Source: Phenylobacterium sp. (GTDB lineage: Bacteria; Pseudomonadota; Alphaproteobacteria; Caulobacterales; Caulobacteraceae). From it: a DNA stretch of 64,000 bases. Location: the NCBI RefSeq assembly GCF_016793285.1, contig NZ_JAEUMO010000128.1:3-64002 (forward strand), given 5' to 3'. Below are positions 56,216-64,000 of the stretch, in pieces (the first letter of the stretch is position 1; every line of letters begins with the position of its first letter). The notes below the pieces were generated by a model, which was given only the letters and a program-made list of their open reading frames with translations, ran no database searches and was not told the origin of the DNA. A program made the translations under genes and the position numbers.

Positions 56216-57415
56216 GGGGAGCCGGGCGCCGCGGGTGTCGGCGTCCTGCAGGATCGCGCCGGTGATCTCGGCGCCGTCGAACTTCGCGTAGCGCAGCCGC
56301 GCGCCGGTGAGATTGGCCGGCGTCGAACGGTCGCCGCCGAGGGCCAGGGGCGAGAGCACGGCGTCGGTGAGGTCCGCGCGGGTGAGGTCGGCGCGCATGA
56401 GGCGGCAACCGCGCAGGTCGGCGTTCCGCAGGACCGCGCCACGCAGGTCGGCCGCTTCCAGGTTCGCGCCCTGGAGCTGGACGCCGGTGAGGTCGAGGCC
56501 CGCCAGGTTCGCGCCTCTCGCGCTGACGGCGGTGAGGCGCAGGCCCTTCAGCGCATCGCCCGCGGGCCGCAGGTCGGCGTCGTCGAGACGCGTCGGGGCC
56601 CCCTCGGCGCCGCCGGAGGCCACCCAGGCCGCGTGCGCGCGGGCCTGCTCGACCAGCTTGGCGCAGCGCGCGACGACGTCGCGCGTCGGCGGTTCGACCG
56701 CGCCCGCGAGGTTTGCGCCATGGGTCCTGGCGCCGGTCAGCGCGCCATCGGCGAGGTCGGCGCCGTCGAACCCGGCATCCTCGAGGACCGCGCCCGACAT
56801 CCCCGCGCCGGCCATCAGCGCGCCGGCGAAGTTCGCGCCCTTCAGGTTGGCGTCGCGCATCCGCGCGCCCTTGAGCGACGCGTCGGAGAAGTCGGCCGCC
56901 GCGGCGTAGAGCCCGTCGAGCAGCGAGCGGTCCAGCGTGGCGCCCGAGAGGTTCGCGCCGTCCATCTCACCGCTGCGGCCTTCCTCGACCACGGTCGGGA
57001 AGCCCTTGGTCGGATGCGGGCGGCCGATGACGCCGGGGCGGAAGTCCGCCTCGGTGAGGTCGGCCCCGGCCAGGTTGGCGGCCTGCAGGCAGGCGCCGCG
57101 CAGGTCGGCCTTGCGAAGGTTCGCGCCCCGCAGGTCGGCGCCGCGCAGGTCGCAGCCGGCCAGGATCGCCCCCGCGAGGTTCGCGCCCGCGAGTTCGGCG
57201 CCGTCGAACACCGAGCCGGTGAAGTCCGCCCCCGCGAGCTGGCGGCCCGCGAGGTTCAGGCCCGAGAAATTGACGAAAGGCAGCGCGGCGCGCTTGCCGC
57301 CCTTGCCCGCGAGATGGCGCGCATGGCCGTCCAGCAGGATGGCGAGTTCGCCCTCGGAGAGCTTGCGGCGGCCCGGGAGGAACGGCTCCTCTGACGACGT
57401 CTGCAGCCGGACCAT
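56210..57415 (-). CDS. pentapeptide-repeat protein (401 aa)
   Basis: This is the tail of ORF 56210..58600 from ATG 57415. It has two blocks of A(D/N)LxG-type pentapeptide repeats (ANLAGAILAGCDLRGADLRGANLRKADLRGACLQAANLAGADLTEADF...). A non-repeat linker separates the blocks. Confidence 0.85.
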   Translation of the reverse strand: MVRLQTSSEEPFLPGRRKLSEGELAILLDGHARHLAGKGGKRAALPFVNFSGLNLAGRQLAGADFTGSVFDGAELAGANLAGAILAGCDLRGADLRGANLRKADLRGACLQAANLAGADLTEADFRPGVIGRPHPTKGFPTVVEEGRSGEMDGANLSGATLDRSLLDGLYAAAADFSDASLKGARMRDANLKGANFAGALMAGAGMSGAVLEDAGFDGADLADGALTGARTHGANLAGAVEPPTRDVVARCAKLVEQARAHAAWVASGGAEGAPTRLDDADLRPAGDALKGLRLTAVSARGANLAGLDLTGVQLQGANLEAADLRGAVLRNADLRGCRLMRADLTRADLTDAVLSPLALGGDRSTPANLTGARLRYAKFDGAEITGAILQDADTRGARLPK

Positions 57416-57420
57416 CCGCG

Positions 57421-58695
57421 TCAGATCACGTCGTCGAGGCCGCGGGCCCCCTGGCGGTGGGAGACCTGGCTGAAGTCGGCCTGCTTCAGCAGCGCGCCGG
57501 TGAAGTTCGAACGGCTGACGTCGGCGTCGGCGAACAAGGCGTGGCGCAGGTCGGCGCTGGAGAGGTCGGCGCCCTTGACCTGCGCGCCGGTCAGGTTGCA
57601 CGGCAGCACGCGGTCGGCGCCCAGCAGCAGCGGACCCATCTGGGCGTCGCGCAGGTCGGCGCCGGAGAGTTTCGCGCCCACGAGGCGGGCGCCCCGCAGG
57701 TCGGCCCGGCGCAGGATGCAGTTGCGCAGGTCGGCGCCTTCCAGGTGCGCGCCCTGGAGCTGCACGCCCTCCATGTCGAGGCCGTAGAACGTCGCGCCCT
57801 TGGCCGAGAGCGCCGTCAGGTTGTAGCCGCGGATCGAGCCCAGGGCGCGCAGGTCGGCGTTGTCGAAGGACGAGGGCTTGCCCTCCCCGCCGCCGGTCTC
57901 GCACCAACGGGCGTGGTCCTCGATCATCTGGGCGTAGGGCAGGTCCGACAGCGCCCGGCCGACCGGATCGTCGGTCAGCGCGCCGGTGAGGTTCGCGTCG
58001 GAGACGTTCCACGCGACCGTGCGCGCGCCGACCAGGATCGCGTCGCGCAGGTCGGCCCCGGCCAGGTCCGCGCCCGAGAGGTCGGCGCCCGACAGGTTCG
58101 CGCCCGCAAGGGAGGCCTGCTTCAGGTTGGCGCGGATCAGCTTCGCGTCCTTGAGGATCGCGTCGGTGAAGTCGGCCCGCACGGCGACGGCGCCCGAGAG
58201 GCGCGAGCGCTCGAGGTTTGCGCCCGCCAGGATCGCGCCCTGAAGTTCGCCGAGGTGCGCCGCCCCGGTCTCGAGCTTGCGGAAGCCGAACTGGCGGTCG
58301 GCTGCGGCGAGGGTGCCTTCGCGCAGGTCGGCCTCGAACAGGTCGGCGCCGGTCAGGTTGACGTTGCGCATGCTGGCGCCACGCAGGTCGGCGCGCCGCA
58401 GCGAGGCCTCGCGCATGTCGGCGCTGGTCAGATCGGCGCAGAAGAGCGTGGCGTTGTCGAGCCGCGCGCCCCTGAAGTCGCAGTCGCTGAGGAGCGCGCC
58501 CGTGAAGTCGGCGTCGCAGAGGTTGCGGCCGTGCAGATCCGTGCCGGACAGATCCTTGAACGCGAACACCGCGCGGGCGCCGCCCGGCTTCGAACTCCAC
58601 AGCCGGTCGTGCTTCGCACAGATGGCGTCGACCTCGGCCTGGGTCAGGCGGGTCTGGACGAGGGTGCGCGTGCTGGCGACAGCAGGGGGCGACAT
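57421..58695 (-). CDS. pentapeptide-repeat protein (424 aa), tandem paralog
   Basis: ORF 57421..58695 has the same two-block architecture. Its stop lies 5 nt upstream of the next gene's start. Confidence 0.87.
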   Translation of the reverse strand: MSPPAVASTRTLVQTRLTQAEVDAICAKHDRLWSSKPGGARAVFAFKDLSGTDLHGRNLCDADFTGALLSDCDFRGARLDNATLFCADLTSADMREASLRRADLRGASMRNVNLTGADLFEADLREGTLAAADRQFGFRKLETGAAHLGELQGAILAGANLERSRLSGAVAVRADFTDAILKDAKLIRANLKQASLAGANLSGADLSGADLAGADLRDAILVGARTVAWNVSDANLTGALTDDPVGRALSDLPYAQMIEDHARWCETGGGEGKPSSFDNADLRALGSIRGYNLTALSAKGATFYGLDMEGVQLQGAHLEGADLRNCILRRADLRGARLVGAKLSGADLRDAQMGPLLLGADRVLPCNLTGAQVKGADLSSADLRHALFADADVSRSNFTGALLKQADFSQVSHRQGARGLDDVI

Positions 58696-58745
58696 GGTCC
58701 GGCGGGCTGAGAGAAGAACCTGTGAACCATGTTAGGCGCGGTCGA

Positions 58746-59195
58746 TTAACGGCGGCTTTCCGGGGGCCCGGCCGGCGCGTAGCCGCCGAGCAGCGCGGCG
58801 GCCTCGGCGGTGAGCAACCCCTGGTTTACTTCGATGCCGGCGTCTTGCAACCGACGCGCGCCATCGCCGGCCGCGAACACGGACGGATCCGCACAGGCGA
58901 AGATCACGCGGGCCACACCGGCGTCGACGAGCCGCGCGCTGCACGGGACGCCGCCGGCCGAGCGCCGGGCGCAGGGCTCGAGGGTGACGTAGGCGACGCC
59001 GCCGCGGGCCCGGTCGCCGGCCTGAGCCAGCGCAAGCTCCTCGGCGTGCGGGCGACCGCCCTCGCCGGTGACGCCCTCGCCCACCACCTCGTCGCCGTTC
59101 AGGATCACGCACCCGACGGGCGGGTTCTCGGCCGTCAGCCCCACACGGGTCGCGGCCAGCGCGATGGCGCGGCGCATGGCGTCTTCGTCGGTCAT
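58746..59195 (-). CDS. CMP/dCMP-type zinc deaminase domain protein (RibD N-terminal-like, stand-alone)
   Basis: This is the tail of ORF 58746..59810 from ATG 59195. It has NPPVGCVIL, the HAE motif (RPHAEELAL) and PCxxxxxxxxC (LEPCARRSAGGVPC). There is no reductase domain. Confidence 0.78.
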   Translation of the reverse strand: MTDEDAMRRAIALAATRVGLTAENPPVGCVILNGDEVVGEGVTGEGGRPHAEELALAQAGDRARGGVAYVTLEPCARRSAGGVPCSARLVDAGVARVIFACADPSVFAAGDGARRLQDAGIEVNQGLLTAEAAALLGGYAPAGPPESRR

Positions 59196-60472
59196 TCCGC
59201 CAGCATGGGGCTTTGCCGCGGCGTTGCGAAGGCGCCGTCGTAGACGCCGAGGTCGCGGCGCAGGAAGCCCGCCACCGAGACCAGGGCCATGCCGACCGCG
59301 CTCGCCACCATCACGGCGGCCGGCGAGGCGAGCCCGAGCACGAAGGGCGCGAGCGCGGTGGCCAGCGTCATCCCGCCCCAGTCGAAGACGATGAGCAGGC
59401 GATAGACCGCCGGAACCTCGTGGGCGGCGAACACCGTCTGCCGCAGTGTGGCGGCCGGCACGTCGCAGATCGGTCCGCCGAACGCCGCAAACGCGCAGCC
59501 CGCCATCATCATCGGCGCGATGAGCGGCTGGGGCGCCAGCAGCGCGGCGACGCCCGCCATCGCCAGGCCCGAACCCACGATCACGTTGCCGCCGAACACC
59601 ATCCGCAGCGGCCGCCGGATCTCCACGCCGCCGACGAAGAGGTTGCCGGCGACGTTGCCGGCCCCGTAGGCGCCGGTGATCAGCCCCACGACGGCCAGGC
59701 CCTCCAGGCCGAAAGCGGTCAGGCCGCTCGTCTGGACGATCAGCGGAACGCAGAGCCACAGCGCCACCATCCAGAACCCGGACATGACCGCGCCCAGCGC
59801 CAGCAGCCACAGGAAGATCGGCTGGGCGCGAACCGCACGCACGCCCACCAGCAGCATCTCCCTGCGCGAACGCGACGCGTCATGGGTCTGGCGCGGCAGC
59901 TCGCGCTTCAGGCTGCCGACCGCGAGCGCCGAGGCCACGAACGAGGCGGCGTTGATCGCCATGAGGCCCACGGCCGGCATCACGGCCGCCAGAGCGCCGG
60001 CGACACCCGGCCCCACCAGCCGCGCGATGCGCTGGGTGGCGTCCATCAGCGCGTTGGCGCTGACCAGCAGCCGCGGCTCGCTGGCGAGCCGCGGCAGGCT
60101 GCCCTGAAGCGCGGGATCGAACACGCCGCGCAGGCCTGCCAGCGCCACCGACGGGATCACCACGGTCCAGAGATCCAGCCGGCCCGTCAGCCAGGCGGCC
60201 ACCGGGATCAGCGCCAGCACCGCCCGGATCAGGTCGGTGGCGATCATCGTGCGACGGTGGTCCCAGCGCTCCGTCCAGGCGCCAGCGAAGAGCGCGACCA
60301 CCAGCACCGCGCCCATCTCGGCCGATGCGACGAAGCCGGCGTTCGAACCCGCGAGCTGCACAGCGATCCAGATCACCGCCATCCGCTGCAACTGGTCGCC
60401 GATAGCCGCCAGCGACAACCCGGCCCAGAGACGGGCCAACGGCGGATGAGCGAGGGCGGCGAAGGCGCGCAT
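59192..60472 (-). CDS. MFS transporter
   Basis: The 426-aa product is very hydrophobic with roughly 12 TM-like segments. Its stop overlaps the deaminase start (ATGA-type 4-nt overlap). Confidence 0.85.
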   Translation of the reverse strand: MRAFAALAHPPLARLWAGLSLAAIGDQLQRMAVIWIAVQLAGSNAGFVASAEMGAVLVVALFAGAWTERWDHRRTMIATDLIRAVLALIPVAAWLTGRLDLWTVVIPSVALAGLRGVFDPALQGSLPRLASEPRLLVSANALMDATQRIARLVGPGVAGALAAVMPAVGLMAINAASFVASALAVGSLKRELPRQTHDASRSRREMLLVGVRAVRAQPIFLWLLALGAVMSGFWMVALWLCVPLIVQTSGLTAFGLEGLAVVGLITGAYGAGNVAGNLFVGGVEIRRPLRMVFGGNVIVGSGLAMAGVAALLAPQPLIAPMMMAGCAFAAFGGPICDVPAATLRQTVFAAHEVPAVYRLLIVFDWGGMTLATALAPFVLGLASPAAVMVASAVGMALVSVAGFLRRDLGVYDGAFATPRQSPMLAE

Positions 60473-60882
60473 GAGCCCTGCCTATCCCGATCCGCCTTCC
60501 CGCGCGCTCGACTTCGCGATCGAGGTGTCGCCGCTGCGCGTCACCGATGCGCTGCAGAACGACCCGACCGACGCCCGCGGCATCGACGAACTGTGCCCGT
60601 GTGGCCGGCATGAGCCGCCGCTCGTTCATCCGCCACTTCCCGGCCGAGGCCGGCATGGGATTCGCCGAGTGGCGCCGGCGTCTGCGCCTGCTGCTGACCC
60701 GGCAACTGATGGCCGAGGGCGTGTCGGTGACCGAAGCCGCCATCGCACTGGGCTACGGCTCGGCCAGCGCCTTCATCGCCATGGTTCGCCGTGAGCTGCG
60801 CGTGACGCCCCGGCGCATCGCGGGCTTGCGCGTTCCCGCTCAGACCGCGGGGATGGCGGTGGCCCTGTCGGCGTCGAGGTAG
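60471..60882 (+). pseudogene. AraC-family HTH domain remnant with an apparent +1 frameshift and no N-terminal sensor domain
   Basis: Frame A (60471..) reads ...RVTDALQNDPTDARGIDEL up to 60593. Frame B, from 60595, reads ARVAGMSRRSFIRHFPAEAGMGFAEWRRRLRLLLTRQLMAEGVSVTEAAIALGYGSASAFIAMVRRELRVTPRR. Joined, these give a complete AraC C-terminal domain interrupted by one extra base (T 60594). Confidence 0.45.
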
Positions 60883-61550
60883 CGCGCAGAGGTCGGCTTC
60901 AGGTTCGCGTCCAGCTCGATGACCAGCGGATTGCCCGTCGGGATCTCGACGCCCACGATGTCGTCGTCCGACACGCCGAACAGCAGCTTCACGATGGCGC
61001 GCAGCGAGTTGCCGTGCGCAGCGACCAGGAGCGTCTCGCCGGCCTTCAGGCAGGGCGCGATGTCGGCGTTCCAGTAGGGCTCCACCCGCTCCAGCGTCGT
61101 CTTCAGACTTTCGGTCGCCGGTAGGCTCGCGCCGGCGTAGCGGCGGTCCTTCGAGAAATCGAACTCGCCGCCGGGCGCCATCTCGGGCGGCGGGATGTCG
61201 TAGCTGCGCCGCCACACCTTCACCTGGTCGGCGCCGTGCCGGGCGGCGGTCTCGGTCTTGTTGAGGCCGGTCAGGCCGCCGTAGTGGCGCTCGTTCAGCC
61301 GCCAGTCCTTGACCTCGGGCACGAACACCTGGCCCGCGGCGGCCAGCGCCAGCCATGACGTGCGGATCGCCCGCGTGAGCACCGATGTGAACACCCGGTC
61401 GATGGCGATGCCGTCAGCCTCGATCAACTCGCCGCCCTTCTTCGCCTCGGCCTCGCCCTGCGCGGTCAGGTCGACGTCCACCCAGCCGGTGAAGCGGTCC
61501 GCAAGGTTCCACTGGCTCTGGCCGTGGCGCAGCAGGATCAGGGTCGGCAA
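60840..61550 (-). CDS. gpmA: 2,3-bisphosphoglycerate-dependent phosphoglycerate mutase
   Basis: It shows [29 protein letters not shown] (the RHGxxxWN motif) and AAHGNSLRA. Confidence 0.93.
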   Translation of the reverse strand: MPTLILLRHGQSQWNLADRFTGWVDVDLTAQGEAEAKKGGELIEADGIAIDRVFTSVLTRAIRTSWLALAAAGQVFVPEVKDWRLNERHYGGLTGLNKTETAARHGADQVKVWRRSYDIPPPEMAPGGEFDFSKDRRYAGASLPATESLKTTLERVEPYWNADIAPCLKAGETLLVAAHGNSLRAIVKLLFGVSDDDIVGVEIPTGNPLVIELDANLKPTSARYLDADRATAIPAV

Positions 61551-61631
61551 GGCGGCGGCTCCTCTGGTCGGAGCGTCCGGCTAGGGCGCCGGGGCCTACC
61601 CCGTCAACCCGACGCGAGCTATAGCGGGGCC

Positions 61632-61877
61632 ATGTTCGACCGCTTCTACCTGGGCCTGCTCGTCGTCGGCGCGATCGCCGCTGTGGCGCTGGCCCTCGTC
61701 TGGCCGCAGGGGCTGGGCGACCGCTCGCCGGCGCCGTTCGGGCACGAGCCGGTGCTGCGCTCGGCCGAGATGCAGGCCAAGATGCGCGCCGAGACCGAGG
61801 CCGCCCAGAAGCGCGTCGACCAGGCGCGCCAGGCGGTCCGCACGATCCAGAACCAGGCCATCGCGCCATCGCAATGA
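61632..61877 (+). CDS. small membrane-anchored hypothetical protein (81 aa)
   Basis: I trimmed ORF 61524..61877 to ATG 61632. It has an N-terminal TM segment (MFDRFYLGLLVVGAIAAVALALVW) followed by a charged helical tail. Confidence 0.5.
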   Translation: MFDRFYLGLLVVGAIAAVALALVWPQGLGDRSPAPFGHEPVLRSAEMQAKMRAETEAAQKRVDQARQAVRTIQNQAIAPSQ

Positions 61878-61887
61878 CCCTGCCGCA

Positions 61888-62853
61888 ATGACGAGCAACG
61901 ACACCATCGCCGTCGGCCGCCGCGTGCTGGAGACGGAAGCCGAGGCGCTGGCCCGGCTGGCCGCCGAGCTGGACGAGAGCTTCGCCGCCGCCGTCGAGGC
62001 CCTGTTCACGGCGAAAGGCCGGATCGTCTGCACCGGCATCGGCAAGTCCGGCCACGTGGCGCGCAAGATCGCCGCGACGCTCGCCTCCACCGGCTCGGCG
62101 GCGATGTTCGTCCACCCCAGCGAGGCCAGCCACGGCGACCTCGGCATGATCGGCCAGGACGATGTGATCCTGGCGCTCTCCAAGACCGGAGAGACCCGCG
62201 AGCTGGCCGACATCATCGCCTATGCGGCGCGCTTCCATATCCCGCTGATCGGCATGACCACCGGGCGGGAGAGCGCGCTGGGGCTGGCCGCCGACATCGT
62301 GCTGCAACTGCCCGACGCCCCCGAGGCCGCCGACGCGGTCAACGCGCCCACCACCTCGACCACCCTGCAGATGGCGCTGGGCGACGCACTGGCCGTGGCG
62401 CTGCTGGAGCGGCGCGGGTTCCAGCCGAAGGACTTCAAGGTCTTCCACCCCGGGGGGAAGCTGGGCGCCCTGCTGCGCACCGCCGCCGACCTGATGCACG
62501 GCCGCGAGGAGCTGCCGCTGGTGGCGCCGCAGACGCCGATGCGCGAGGCGCTGCTGGTGATGAGCGAGAAGCGCTGGGGGATCGTCGGAGTCGTGGATCC
62601 CAGGGGCGTGCTTCTGGGCGCCATCACCGACGGCGACCTGCGCCGCCACATCGTGGGCCTTCTGGACCACACCGCCGGCGAGGTGATGACGCCCGGTCCC
62701 AGGAAGACCGCCCCGCCCGGCATGCTGGCCGGCGAAGCCCTGGCCCTGATGAGCGACCCGCCCCCCGCCGTGACCGTCCTCTTCGTGGTCGAAGGGGGCA
62801 AGCCGGTCGGCATCCTGCACGTCCACGACCTGCTCCGCGCCGGGGTGATGTAG
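61888..62853 (+). CDS. kdsD: arabinose-5-phosphate isomerase (KpsF/GutQ family; SIS + tandem CBS)
   Basis: It has the SIS motif (RIVCTGIGKSGHVARKIAATLASTGSAAMFVHPSEASHGDLGM) and a CBS pair at the C-terminus. Confidence 0.88.
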   Translation: MTSNDTIAVGRRVLETEAEALARLAAELDESFAAAVEALFTAKGRIVCTGIGKSGHVARKIAATLASTGSAAMFVHPSEASHGDLGMIGQDDVILALSKTGETRELADIIAYAARFHIPLIGMTTGRESALGLAADIVLQLPDAPEAADAVNAPTTSTTLQMALGDALAVALLERRGFQPKDFKVFHPGGKLGALLRTAADLMHGREELPLVAPQTPMREALLVMSEKRWGIVGVVDPRGVLLGAITDGDLRRHIVGLLDHTAGEVMTPGPRKTAPPGMLAGEALALMSDPPPAVTVLFVVEGGKPVGILHVHDLLRAGVM

Positions 62854-62954
62854 CGCCTGCCGCCTGGGCGCGCTCGCGCGTTAAGCCTTCCGCAGTGGCG
62901 CCCCCACTATCCCGCGGCTAAACACGCCGCCGACACGCGTTGCCCGGAGTTCCG

Positions 62955-64000
62955 ATGCTGCCCGCCCCCCGTGCCGACCTCGTCGCCAACACCTTCGAGT
63001 ACGAGAACGCCCCGCTGGTGAAGGCCACCGGCTTCCGGGAATACGACGCGCGCTGGCTGTTCGGGCCCGAGATCAACCTGCTGGGCGTCCAGGCGCTGGG
63101 CCTGGGCCTCGGCACGCTGATCCACGAGATGGGCCAGAAGCGCATCGTCGTCGGCCACGACTTCCGCAGCTACTCGCTCTCCATCAAGCAGGCGCTGACC
63201 ATCGGCCTCGTCGCCGCCGGCTGCGAGGTGCTGGACATCGGCCTCGCCGTCTCGCCGATGGCCTACTTCGCCCAGTTCGACCTGGACGCCCCCTGCGTGG
63301 CCATGGTGACCGCCAGCCACAACGAGAACGGCTGGACCGGCGTCAAGATGGGCGCGCAGCGACCGCTCACCTTCGGCCCCGACGAGATGGGCCGCCTCAA
63401 GGAGATCGTGCTGGGCGGCAGGTGGAAGCAGCGTCCGAACGGCTCGCTGGCCCACATCGACGGCGTGGCCGAGCGCTACATCGCCGACGCCGCGGCGCGC
63501 GTCAGCCTGAAGCGCCCGCTGAAGGTGATCGCCGCGTGCGGCAACGGCACCGCCGGGGCCTTCGCACCCGAGGGACTGCGCCGGATGGGCGTGGCCGAGG
63601 TCATCGAGATGGACTGCGACCTCGACTGGACCTTCCCGAAGTACAATCCCAACCCCGAGGACCACCACATGCTCACCGAGATGGCCAAGGCCGTCCGCGA
63701 GCATGGGGCCGACCTCTGCCTGGGCTTCGACGGCGACGGCGACCGCTGCGGGGTGGTGGACGACGAGGGCGAGGAGATCTTCGCCGACAAGATCGGCCTG
63801 ATGCTGGCCCGCGACCTGTCGGCCCTGCACAAGGACGCGACCTTCGTGGTCGACGTGAAATCCACCGGCCTCTTCGCCACCGACCCCGTGCTGGCCGCCA
63901 ACGGCGCCAAGACTGTCTACTGGAAGACCGGCCACAGCTACATCAAGCGCAAGACCGCCGAGCTTGGCGCCCTGGCCGGCTTCGAGAAGAGCGGCCACTT
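62955..64000 (+). CDS. phosphomannomutase/phosphoglucomutase (partial, continues past the window end)
   Basis: My own translation from ATG 62955 gives MLPAPRADLVANTFEYENAPLVKATGFREYDARW..., the active-site loop VAMVTASHNENGWTGVKMG, and the metal loop GFDGDGDRCGVVD. There is no stop before position 64000, so it is absent from the ORF track. Confidence 0.88.
   Translation, partial: MLPAPRADLVANTFEYENAPLVKATGFREYDARWLFGPEINLLGVQALGLGLGTLIHEMGQKRIVVGHDFRSYSLSIKQALTIGLVAAGCEVLDIGLAVSPMAYFAQFDLDAPCVAMVTASHNENGWTGVKMGAQRPLTFGPDEMGRLKEIVLGGRWKQRPNGSLAHIDGVAERYIADAAARVSLKRPLKVIAACGNGTAGAFAPEGLRRMGVAEVIEMDCDLDWTFPKYNPNPEDHHMLTEMAKAVREHGADLCLGFDGDGDRCGVVDDEGEEIFADKIGLMLARDLSALHKDATFVVDVKSTGLFATDPVLAANGAKTVYWKTGHSYIKRKTAELGALAGFEKSGH

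Overview
Very GC-rich (about 70% by eye) chromosomal segment of an alphaproteobacterium. The evidence for that placement is a GcrA cell-cycle regulator, rpmH-rnpA-yidC-engB and arg/dap genes. It looks Caulobacterales-like, but that cannot be proven from the sequence alone. I call about 58 protein genes. I found no rRNA, tRNA, CRISPR array, transposase or integrase. Layout: 1-9.6 kb holds an acyl-CoA catabolic cluster (2 acyl-CoA synthetases, a paired acyl-CoA dehydrogenase, 3 SDRs). 10.2-25.0 kb holds a tightly coupled three-gene locus: a TpsB (ShlB/FhaC-type) transporter, a 3341-aa TpsA-like repeat exoprotein, and an exported TPR-CHAT caspase-fold protein. 25.1-28.2 kb holds rpmH-rnpA-yidC-engB. 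28.4-38.1 kb holds mixed housekeeping genes (ACAD, Crp/Fnr, amidohydrolase, argB, dapD, dapE, argF, argD). 38.3-41.3 kb holds a TonB-dependent receptor. 41.5-46.6 kb is a regulator-rich stretch (2 ArsR, LysR, AraC, Lrp). It is followed by gcrA, xseA, a lipid A-type acyltransferase, an XRE regulator and an IMPase-family phosphatase. Next come a lysophospholipase-like hydrolase with a histone-H1-like Ala/Pro/Lys tail, two tandem exported methyltransferase paralogs and hsp20. A co-directional MFS / deaminase / 2x pentapeptide-repeat block follows, then gpmA, kdsD and a partial phosphomannomutase. Stop codons are rare at this GC content, so the ORF track contains many spurious antisense or 5'-extended ORFs; I trimmed starts by hand wherever a recognisable N-terminus was visible. 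The best candidate for an undescribed system is the TpsB-TpsA-CHAT operon. I hypothesise that the CHAT protein is a dedicated periplasmic protease for a two-partner-secretion exoprotein. All family assignments rest on motif recognition from the translations; no searches were run.
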